Under the pieces are notes generated by a model. It was not told the DNA's origin. It ran no database searches and worked only from the letters and a program-made list of their open reading frames with translations. This document shows positions 53,901 through 64,000 of a DNA stretch of 64,000 nt, in pieces. This stretch comes from Paraspadella gotoi (Eukaryota; Animalia; Chaetognatha): the NCBI GenBank assembly GCA_051294375.1, contig CM119263.1, forward strand, positions 19,082,625 through 19,146,624, given 5' to 3'. The first letter of the stretch is position 1, and every line of letters starts with the position of its first letter. A program made the translations under genes and the position numbers.

Positions 53901-56900
53901 AGGATTGCACCCGAAAACGGGAGCGGGAGGGGTCTTGGAAGCGCCGGATTGGCAGCGGCGGAAAAATCGATCGCTTCCACATCTCTGATATAAGCAGTCC
54001 CTGAGCTTCGGATCAGGCTGTTATACCGTGTTACAGGCGGGTTAAGCGCCCCGTCCCTCTTAGCTGCAAGGCGACCACCGGGCCAGAACCCCGGACCTTT
54101 GGGATGGGAGGCGAGTGACTTGCCTCCTGCACCAATGGCCACTGAGGAACGTTTGGTGGATTTTACTCGACCATATTTTCCAGCGATTCAACCGCCACTC
54201 ACTAAGTGAATTTAACTAGGCCGTCGGAACTCTCTCGAGAGATTTGTTGGTCGAGGTTTGCCGCGAAGTCCGGAAAACTGCTTTCGAGTGCCACGTCGAT
54301 GTCAACGGGCATATTTACTTTCGCGTCTATGCCAAGGAGCACTACATGAGAAGCTACGTTTCTTACATCGGCTGGTGTCCGGTGACGCCTCTGCCTTCGG
54401 ACATACGTTTCAAATACTATTACCAGGCGTTGGTCACTGATTGCGGGGCGGAGTTCCGAGAAACCGACGGCCAAATCGTCTACAATAACAGGTCCGCCTT
54501 TCTGACGTAAACTTTCGACCTCGGACATTGTTGCTGGACGAGTGGACGAGACATGATGCCCAGACATTGCCCACGAGTTACGGTTAATTTCAAATATAAG
54601 CCAAATTTAACGTTGTAGTACTCAAAACCTTTTCAGCTTCACGAGTTCTTTTGAAACCAACTCTCATCAAATTACCCGAGACGACAACGTTGGTTGGAAC
54701 ATGTTCTGCTTCTTGAACAGCACCTACCAACTCACGGCCAGTTTCGTTCCGTTAAGTCCGGAAATACAGGACAGAAGGGACGAGGTGATTTAATTTTTAT
54801 CTAATCAGTTCAAATCGCAGTAATAGCCCATAATGATATAGTAATTGCTCTCGGAAACTAGGTTTTTCCGTACGTCGGCATCGATGCGTATCATAACGCG
54901 TCCTTCGCTGTCATCATCATTCCCCCTATCTTTTTGGAAATGAACGAACTCGTCTACTTCCGCGTCTGGACGGACCTCGCGAAACGGGTCTTCCTAACAG
55001 ACTGTTGGTCGACGCCGGAGAGAGAAACGACGGCCGTGGAGGAGAATCGTTATTATCTCTTAAAGAACGGATGCCCTCTCGATCCGACTTTCCGGGGATT
55101 GCCGAGTGAGGGGGTCAACGAGACACGATTCGCCTTTGCCGCATTCAGGTTTGGCTGTTTTACATGTAGGCTACTTTTATTTCGAAAATATTGAGTGAAA
55201 TTCCCCCCACTATTTTTGGTGGTCGTTTATTAAAAATAACAGGTTCATCCGCCCGCATTACAAAGTCTATATCTATTGTGAGGCCGTCTTGTGCGCCCTC
55301 TCCTCGAAAGACTCGAGATGCGACCTTGGATGCGAAGAGGAAACATCTCCGAGCCGCCGACGACGAGCGCTGCCGGAAGAGACGGTCTCCGTGGAGAGCG
55401 GTCCCTTCATACTCGGCGGGCAGAACTGCGATCGTCTCGATGACGTACCCAATGCGGAAATCGTCTGCAGCAACGCCACTCTGACTGGATCAGTGTGCCG
55501 GATCGAGTGTTCGCCCGGCTTCCGGCTTGAGAACGATGGCCACGAAAGCGTAACCTGTCTTGGAACGACTGACGGGAACGAATGGTCCGCCATAGTTAAG
55601 GGATGCCGCGAGGTGATTCAGTGTCAGATTTTCGATTTACTTAAATTTAAAAAGAAAAAAGTGATTGTTAACGCAGTAAAATTAAAAACAAGTTTGAGCA
55701 AACAATGTCGGATCTGCCCACGATCTTTATTAATTAATTAATTAATTAATTAATTTGATCCGAAATGTTTGTTTTGATTGATTAATTAATTGTTGATTAA
55801 TTAATAGACTAATTGATTAATTAACTGATTAAATATTTGATTAATTAATACATCTTGCCTTTACATTTAATATAAAAATGAAAAGAAGCATAATCAATTA
55901 GTAAAACAGGTTTTTTGTTTTTTTCCATTTAAACCCAATTCCACTCAGTCGATTTCATCGAAACTTGATTTCCAGCTTAATCACACACTTTCCTTCCCAC
56001 ATACAAAATTTCCCCATACACTCATGAATAATTTGTATTCAAATAGTGAAATATATTTTTTTGTTTTTTTCATTTAAACTCATTTCCACTCGGACGATTC
56101 CATCGAAACTTCATATCCAGCTCAATCACACACTTCCCTACCCACACACAAAATTTCATTCCAATCCATCCATCCAATCATGAGTAATTGGTATTTTTTG
56201 CTAAGGTGGGACGGACGGACATAATTCGATGTTCTGACATGATATAAGTGAATGCCCGACAAGATTGAGGGGGCGAACCGACGGACCGACAAAGTGAATT
56301 ATAGTGTCGGGATCTGCTGATAAGTGATAAACTCATTTATGCCGTGGTAATATTTTAGTTACATTTCTTTTATTGATTTATCTCCGAAGCAATCGAGCGA
56401 AGTGGACGACAAATGCACAACCTCTCCCGGAGACTCAGATTGCGTTTGTCGCGAAGGATACAAGAAGTTTTCCGCAAATGACAAGTGCAGCCTATCAGAT
56501 CGGTATGAAACAGAATGCGTAAGCGGGTTTCTTTGGAATTTTTAAGAGCCGTTTCTTTTTTGACGATATGGTGATAGCTCTCTGAGAAAACTTTATTTTT
56601 ATGCTTAGCTTAATTTCTTACGTATTTTGGTAACAGGCAAATTTAAAATACCGTACTTTAAATTTCAGATATGTAGGATCGCTCCGCATTCTCACCGACT
56701 TCGATGATGACATGCACGACAAAGAAACTACTGTGTACCAAGAGACCGCGACTAAGATCGAGAATACGCTGACGGATGTTATCACCAGCGGTATGTCAAG
56801 CGGCGACAGCGTCATCGTTTCTGTGATGTCGCTATCGCCGGGAAGCGTCGTCGCCAACTACGAGGTTTTCCTCGCCCGAGAATCCGGAAAACCCAGCGTG

Positions 56901-57817
56901 GGCGCGGAGACACTCGGTCGTCTCGTCCGGGATAGAATTCTGGCGACCAACGGAACCGATTTGGGAATCGGTCTTCAGGAATCGGACTTTGTTGTCGAAG
57001 ATCCTGACGAATGTCAGCGGGAAGTCGTTCGGTGAGAACATGGCAGCTGAATGATTTAGAATCGAATGTGATCAAGGATAAAAAAAAAGAGGAGTATTAT
57101 TATTAGTATTAGTAATAGTAAACAGAAGATGAATTTATTAACTCCCGAAAAATAAAATTTTGTTTCAGGAACGAATGCCACGATTTCGCCGAATGCGTTG
57201 ATACTGAAGGTTCATTCGAATGCCGATGTCGCCAGGTTCGAAACTAGAGGTTTTGCAAAATCATTGAAGTTGTACCGAAAGTTTGGCCGAATCTTTGCAC
57301 GATTATAACATCGTAACCATTGTACGGCTCATGACTGTTGCAGGGATATCGCGACGACTCGCCCTCGGGTTTGGAGGGCCGGTTCTGCGTGAGGCTAGAA
57401 GAAAAGAAGGACGAAAAAGAAGAAGAGAAAGAAGTAAAGGAAGAAAAGGTTGTGACTTTCGAAGGAGATGAGCAGTCGAGTAAGGACTTCAAATTCGAGG
57501 CGATGGTGGGCGTGGTGACGGCCTTACTGGTCGTCATAGTTCTCGGCGGTTACGCCATCTACAGGTCCCGCTTCAGATTTACAAATTAATTAGAGATTGT
57601 GAGGAAAACTTTTTGAACAATATGTAAATCTTTTTTCAGGCTGAAGAAATCGGGGAAAGTTGCCCCCGAAAAAGATGACAAAAGGAGGAAAACAAAGGAG
57701 AAAGGGACGAAGAAAACGGAAAAAAAGAAAAAGGAAGAAAGGAAGAAGGAGAATATGAAAAGACGAATTTACAACTTGGAGGAATACTTTGATGAGGATA
57801 TTCCGACCGTGTATTAA
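47648..57817 (+). CDS. Multidomain type I surface/matrix protein, ~1365 aa, 22 exons: signal peptide, three (nested) VWA, EGF, ZP, sushi, EGF-like, SEA, EGF-Ca, TM, Lys-rich tail
   Basis: Exons 47648-47708, 47832-47978, 48084-48248, 48392-48542, 48908-49045, 49119-49233, 49667-49904, 50094-50362, 50445-50581, 50691-50875, 51016-51126, 51274-51443, 51570-51761, 54220-54491, 54637-54784, 54862-55148, 55243-55612, 56390-56502, 56669-57031, 57169-57235, 57344-57564, 57640-57817. All junctions are GT-AG, phases are consistent, total 4098 nt. Motifs: DVIFMLDGSNS..ILTDG (VWA MIDAS); DVVFLFDITGSM..GYRD..GGGDAPE; CALQPCFHNGTC..CICADGFKGVKC (EGF); DCG..VYNN, CWSTP..NGCPLD..FAFAAFRF..VYIYCEAVLC (ZP); LSPGSVVANY (SEA); DPDEC..CVDTEGSFECRC; TM AMVGVVTALLVVIVLGGYAIY. 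Confidence 0.9.
48570..48815 (+). mobile_element. ~250-bp dispersed repeat family, copy 2 (intron 4 of the VWA-ZP gene)
   Basis: Matches 32836-33082. Confidence 0.8.
51813..51903. repeat. Perfect 33-bp inverted repeat with a 25-nt loop
   Basis: ttttagcaaaaacaaagtttagagtttgtacta (51813-51845) and tagtacaaactctaaactttgtttttgctaaaa (51871-51903). Confidence 0.95.
51996..53987. mobile_element. Non-autonomous hAT-like DNA transposon
   Basis: 19-bp TIRs CAGAGATGTGGACGCGATC / GATCGCTTCCACATCTCTG (1 mismatch). Perfect 8-bp TSD ATATAAGC at 51988-51995 and 53988-53995. No transposase ORF. Confidence 0.85.
52426..53700 (+). mobile_element. Helentron/HINE-like repeat nested in the hAT-like element
   Basis: Shares aagtttgagcaaacaatg(c/t)cggatctgcccacgatc and tttcatttaaactcatttccactcg(a/g)acgattc with 55687-56320. 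Confidence 0.5.
54072..54140 (-). pseudogene. tRNA(Gly)-like sequence; pseudogene or SINE head
   Basis: The minus strand reads GGCCATTGGTGCAGGAGGCAAGTCACTCGCCTCCCATCCCAAAGGTCCGGGGTTCTGGCCCGGTGGTCG. It has A-box-like and B-box-like motifs, pairable ends and CTCGC-CT-CCC-A as in tRNA-Gly, but the anticodon stem is broken. Confidence 0.45.
55687..56320 (+). mobile_element. Helentron-associated (HINE/DINE-1-like) non-autonomous element
   Basis: AACAAG start, two ~145-bp internal tandem units (~55910 and ~56058), a (GGAC)n microsatellite at 56209-56220, and gtcgg(g)atctgc near both ends. Confidence 0.5.
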
Positions 57818-58829
57818 AAGATAATATTGTAATTATTCTTATCAAATGATATTTGTGGATAATCTCATTTAAGCCATTGATTTAGAAATGAGAAATCCTA
57901 GAACACTTATTGATGCCTGCTCCGCAATATTTATTATGAGTACGTATCATATCAACCAAAATATGTTTGACTGCCGGGAGCCTGTGATGCCCAGCTGGGT
58001 GGATCATCTCACCCGATGGCATTGGACATTTGGGGCATTATTGTTTAATAGAGAATACATTACATAAGTATTTATGTTTTAACGTAAGCGACGGTACAAT
58101 CGATATCATGTATGTATTTATGTATTGGACATTGGACAGTGGCCTAAATAATAAAATTTATGATATAATTTAGTTCATAATATACGTTTAATTTGATAAC
58201 TAATGAAAAAACATTCAATCATACATTTTCATCTTCCTACTCTAAATCGAAAGTCGAGGATATATTTGTTTCCTTATAGTTAACCTTATAGTTATAGTTA
58301 GCTATTGTTATTTAAAATTGGTACAATCAATATAATTAAATTCCATGTACATACAGACATTGTTTTTGTGTTTAGCTTTTTATGATAAGTGTTCAAATAT
58401 ATTTGTTGCGTCATGGAAACTAAATAAACATATTATATTTCAGTTAAATGATAAAAATTCAGTTAAATGAAAAAAATTCTAAGATAGAATAAATTGTTTT
58501 CAAAAAGACGAAAAAAAAAACAACCTCGTAGCCTGTAGATCTGATGTTCGGGTTTACATCTCACTAATTAGCGATTTGAAAAGTCAAATCGAATCGGTAA
58601 TCGAAATGTCCCCTCACTCTCTCCCACTCCGGTCGGGGTTATAAAGAATGAAGATTGACTATTAATCCGATTAGCTACAATTAACTCTGCGAGGGACCCG
58701 AGACGGTGAACGTCGTGGGGTGACGAGGATCGAAACGGGAAGATCCGGAGGAGGAATATTTTGCGTTTTTGGTTCAAACGAGATCGATCTAAATCGCGAA
58801 TCGATTTTACATTAAAAAATATTTTAAAA

Positions 58830-61800
58830 ATGGCGGACGCCGTACAAATCGTGGCTTTACCCACGACGCCCAAGGAAGTCGTCGTCTCTCGAGCGTCTGA
58901 GAAAAAGAACTTGCAAAACCTTAATGAAAAGTAGGTTAAATATCCTGATTATATAACTGGGGACTCGTAAAGGGGTTCGGTTCCTCAGACGAAGCTTATT
59001 CACCTATATTCTATAATTACATTGAAACCCATCCATTATCGATTATTTAGACTTGGAGAGTACATTGGGAAGGTGAGTTTTCTCACCGAGGACAACCGTC
59101 GCCTTCGACACGACCTCGAAGCCCTCAACGCAGCCTTCGTGCAACTCGACTCCGCCCTGAAGGAGAAATATGAGGAAGAAATCAAAGGGTTAAGGGCCGC
59201 ATTGGACAAGGCGTCCGTAGAAAAGACAGCCGCCATAAAAAGGGTAAGAACGCCTAAGAACGGGGACCTGGCTGGAGCGGTCTTGACCTTTTTCTCGTTA
59301 TCTATCACGAGTTATCTCACGGTTTTTGTCTTTGTTTTTTCAGATTCCTATAGAGCTCTCACTCTCTCTCTTTTTCCCTCTCGACTCAATGCATACCCCT
59401 CTCTCCCTCTAGGGCGACCGGTTCGAAGAGGATTGGAAAAAGTCCGATCATCTTTTGGACGCGGAATCGAGGGAACACGAGAGGACGAAAAGGAGGATTC
59501 CCGATTTGGAGAAGATGGTGATCGAGAGGGACGGGACTATCGAGATCCTCACCAAGGTCGCTTCAATGAAAAGTCCATTGAGTTTTGCTCAACGAGGAAG
59601 CTTATGATTTTAGTTTTTGGTGATGATGATCCTATCTTTCTTGATCTCCAGAACGTGACTTTACTTCAAGAGGAGATGAAGTTGTTAAAGTCTAAAACGA
59701 ACGAGATGAAAATAGAAATGACCAAGTCGTATCAAGACGCAGACGAAGTCGCCGTCATGCAAATCCAATTCGAATCGCAACTTCAGGTAGGAAATTACGA
59801 TTGGCAATAACGTTGACAAACGTTCTGATTTTGACATATGATTAATCAATTAGTTAATATAGCCAAATACGCTTGTGATTTTCCAAGAGAGTCGTGAATC
59901 ACCTAATGTTAAAGTTGATAACGACCAAAATTCCAAATTCTATTGCAACTTTACATAACTAGTAAATCTATTGTTTGTCACGTTTTATCAACATATATGA
60001 CGAATAAAATCAAAAATGGGAACCAATATTATTTTGCAATTAAAACTTGGCCACGAAGCGGACTAGTGTGAGCTTTTTCATCGGCCTCAGTTGGAACAAA
60101 ACGGCCAAATTAAATTAGAACAGAGTTCAGTTACATTTCGATAATCCTCGACTTGTCCCGGTTCACTCTTAACTCTTAACCGTTTACCCAAACCCAAATC
60201 CCCACTCAAAGACCAAAGACGAAGAGATTGATTTCATGAAGAAGATGTACGAGGAGCAGTTGGAAATTTTATCTCAAATCGAGATCAACGTCAACACCGA
60301 ATCCTGTTGTCCTAAACACTTGGTCGATACTTTGAAGGATATACGGTAAAATTACTAAATTAGTTTTACTACTTATATAGTTTTTTTCATAGACATGTAG
60401 TATCCCTAAAACCCTAAATAAACGAGCCAAATCACAAAGAAATATTCGTATGAAATTAGTACAACATAAAAATTATTTATTCTATACTTTTCAATAATTT
60501 TACTTTGGACAGTGAACAATGCAGCGGTTATAGAGGTATCTCTCGAACAAAATAATGACATAGCAGGACCCTGCAAGCTTTTGATAGGGACTTTCTCACA
60601 GTCTAGTTTATTAACTCCCAGTCCCAGATTCCATATCAATGAGGTCGTATAATGTTTTTACAGGGGTGGGACCCTATATTACAGCCAAACCTTGTCAATG
60701 GGGTGGGTCAGAAGTTTGATTTTGAAACCTTCCCAAATGAAACTTCATACATTTCTGAGAAAACTTTCAATGGACCAAAATTTTCTAAAATGGCTAGAAG
60801 CACTAGTAATTAATTTTTTAATATTTATTTATAGATAAGAAATGAGAATTTTTTTTAAATTTTGTATTTTTAAAAAAAGATTCAGATAGCTTATAAAAAG
60901 TTATCTGCACAAAGTATAATTCTTTTTTCAATATTTTGATGATAAGTGGGTCAAAATTGGGAAAAACCTGAAAAAATTATCCTCATCATCATCATCCGAT
61001 GATTTTAGTAGTTTTTGCTCATTTTCAATAATAAAACATCAAAATTTTAAAAAGTTGTAATTACATTTTTCATAATACAAAAAAAATACAAGGAGCTTAC
61101 TGTGAGGAAATTGGTACAACCAATATAAATATTATCCATTCCATCAATTACTTTAAATGAACTTTTCGGTTTAATATGAAAGTAGTTTTAACATTCTCCG
61201 GAGATAAATCTTATCGGCCAGGGCGGATTATGAAGCGATGGCAAGGCCTAAGGATGGGGATCCCGACGTTTGGTACAAATCTAAATTCGAGCAGGTGAAT
61301 GAATCGATGGCCTTTTGTTCTTTGGATATTTAATTAATTAGTCACATGAACTTATTAGTTGTACCGGATATTACGCTGCTCTTATTTTTTCTGTTTTTAT
61401 TTTATAGATTATGAAGATAGGAGATCAGAAGAGAGAGGCGCTGACAGAAGAAAAGAAAAAGGTAGTCATACCATATGTAAGTATATTGCCGTTCACAGAT
61501 CTCTCATGTTTTCAATTATTTTCCGCCTAACTAAAGGTTGAAGATTTTCGCCAAAAATACGAACACATCAAAGACGATTACGATATTTTGGTAAAGCTAA
61601 TGGAGGAAGAACGTAAAAAGTATGTTTAAAAATATATTTAATATCAAACAATAAATTAATCTTAGATATCGACAATTCAATCAATGTATCGCAGCACAAT
61701 TTAAAAAACACCATAGTTCTTGTCCTGAATCAATTTTTGACTTTTTTCAGAACCAAACGTGCGGAGGATAATCTCACGGAAACGCTGGCCGATCACGCGG

Positions 61801-62000
61801 AGGAAGTCGTGGAAAAGGACGGCGCGATAGACGAGTTGAAAGCGGAATTGGCGCAGTTGTTCGAGCTGTTGCGTCGACTGGCCGATCCAAACCTAGGCGT
61901 CGAGGAGGAAATTAACGTCACTAAGAAGCTGGTTGAAAATAGAGAGAAAGAGAGAGAGATAATGAACAATAGAAACGCGTCTTCGTCGCGATTTCTTTAA
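58830..62000 (+). CDS. Intermediate filament protein, ~388 aa, long (lamin-type) rod, no tail domain
   Basis: Exons 58830-58930, 59051-59243, 59413-59556, 59652-59786, 60212-60345, 61222-61294, 61408-61461, 61537-61619, 61751-62000 (1167 nt, phases consistent). Coil 1A EKKNLQNLNEKLGEYIGKVSFLTEDN; KDEEIDFMKKMYEEQL; LKDIRADYEAMA..WYKSKFE; rod end EEEINVTKKLVENRE. Confidence 0.88.
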
Positions 62001-64000
62001 TATGAAAGTTTTTAACAGAAAACAATGACAAAACTAAATGTAGAATTTCTACCTTCAGTAAAGACAGACGAGTACAAATAGATTTTTCATTCAAAATTTG
62101 TTAATAAGTCATTTACCAATAAAAAATACGAAAGTTTTTTATGGAAATAAATTGGTCCCGAATTGGGTTATAATTATAGTTTCAATTATTAGCACATATT
62201 AGAGAACATTTTTTAATTCTTAACTTTTGGATTTTAATTTTCGTTATCGGTAAATATTATTTTTAAGCCTATTTTAAACGCATTTTGCAGACTTAGAAGC
62301 CTCTGTCTGTATGTTTTGTGTTTGATTTTTGTACTAAATCAACCTTGTTGCATTCGAATAAAAACGCTTATATAATTCAGGAAGACTAAAAACGCATGCC
62401 TTTTTTTTAAAATCACAAATGCACAAAAAAATGAATTTGTAATAAATCATGCGTTTTACTTAATCCTCTCATGATTCAGAGAATTCATCGGCAGACATTT
62501 TCCAGGCCAACAAAAAAAAATTTAAAAATGAATTAACGCAAAAAAGTATATCGAAACCCACATAGTTCTAACGTCTAGTCGTTCGATAGGCTCCAAAGCG
62601 AGTGTATGTGTTGATATATGAAATTGGTACAACCAATATAAAAATTATAATAAAATAATAAAATTAAAATAATATATATATATATAATTTTGGAAATATT
62701 TATTATGAGTATCTTTCTCTTTCTTTTGAACGTTATATTAATAAATAATGGTAACCCTGTCAGCCAAAAAAGTTGCACTGCCTTTGGCGAAAAAATATGA
62801 TAATTAAAAACTAATAATTGTTTGTTAATGTTATTCATTCCGTCTGGGTCAATCCCACCAAACCCGAACAAATGGCTCGCTCTTTCTTTACAGTTGGTTG
62901 GGTTCGATTAAATAATCCACGCTGCGTGCATCATTCTGGTTCAGTCTTGAATACTTATTTCTTAATCTATTTTAAACTCTAATTTTTTTTATTATATATC
63001 ATATATTCAACAATTTCTTCAAGTATCACATAACATTATAAAAAGTCAAGCGACACTTAGAGCCGATTTGACGTTGTTATATTTAAATTTATATTTCAAT
63101 TTCATCAATTTGCAAAAATGAATGATAAAATATTGACGTTGACGTCAAAGTTCATCGTTAAAAAAAAACATTTTTGTTTCTTTTTTTGTTGAACAATTTT
63201 TTCAACTATATAATTATATAATTACCTAATATAGGGTTATCTGCATGCAGGTCTTATGCAACCACCAATATAATAATAGTTTCTTCATATTTTTCGCATT
63301 ACAATTTTCTTCTTTACTCTCGGTGGGGGTCGTCTGATCGTTAATTAGTCCGCATTTATTTTTTGGAGGAAATCTGGCAAAAACGACTTTTGTCACATTT
63401 AGAATGAACAAAGGAGTAAGACCCTCATTAAATGGAATATATAATTCAAAACTGACGGTAAGCAAGTTCCTTTGAAATACATATATACATCGATTATTTT
63501 AATTATCAAAATTATATATTCGCCCTTGAATGCTATCAAATTACTTAGAATTAAATGCTACATCTATTGCGACTCTTAATTAGAGGAGAAACTTACTTTT
63601 AGATGTTTTAACGATTAAAATTTAATAAAAATATGTTTTTCTCGAACTTTGGTTTATACGGTTATTGGTTAATGGTTAGTTATCTTTATAAAAATTAAAC
63701 TTTTAGTTTTTATTTCTCAAAACTGCCAAAGAAAGAAAGTTATAATCTTTTTGATGGCTTTGTATTATCGTTCAGTCAATTGATCGAACTTTACTTAAGA
63801 TTTTTACCAAATGGGTTTTTAACATTTTTTAAATTTGAGGATTAAATATCTTCCTACCCCCCTTTGCGCTAACAAACCACGAAAGTAATTTTGATGTTGA
63901 TCTTCCTTCTCTTCCCAGATGGTTTTCTTCAATTTCCCGTGTTTATCAAAGATTATACTAAAAAAAATTTAGGAAATAAAATAAACAGAAAGTTTGACTG

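Noticed and set aside
59022-59810. 262-aa ORF with an apparent TM segment
   Set aside because: It reads through introns of the IF gene; the hydrophobic part is intronic.

Overview
Eukaryotic (invertebrate animal-like) genomic scaffold with spliced genes, many (GA)n/(GAAA)n/(GAC)n microsatellites, N-gaps and noisy inverted duplications. Four genes were reconstructed by hand from GT-AG boundaries and intron phases. (1) A 5'-truncated DNAI2-like axonemal dynein intermediate chain (+, 3191-11340) with a long acidic Ala/Pro/Glu tail. (2) An orphan single-pass membrane protein of about 860 aa (+, ~28931-42947) with a ~640-aa disordered Tyr-motif tail. (3) A 22-exon, ~1365-aa surface protein (+, 47648-57817) in which three VWA domains appear nested inside one another, followed by ZP, sushi, EGF-like, SEA, EGF-Ca and TM segments; this is the most striking item. 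(4) A ~388-aa tailless intermediate-filament protein with a lamin-length rod (+, 58830-62000). The block 12.3-30.9 kb is mostly inverted and direct copies of the same ~7 kb and is probably an assembly or gap-filling artefact. Non-autonomous transposons include a hAT-like element with a perfect 8-bp TSD and Helentron/HINE-like elements. All homology calls come from recalled family motifs, not database searches.
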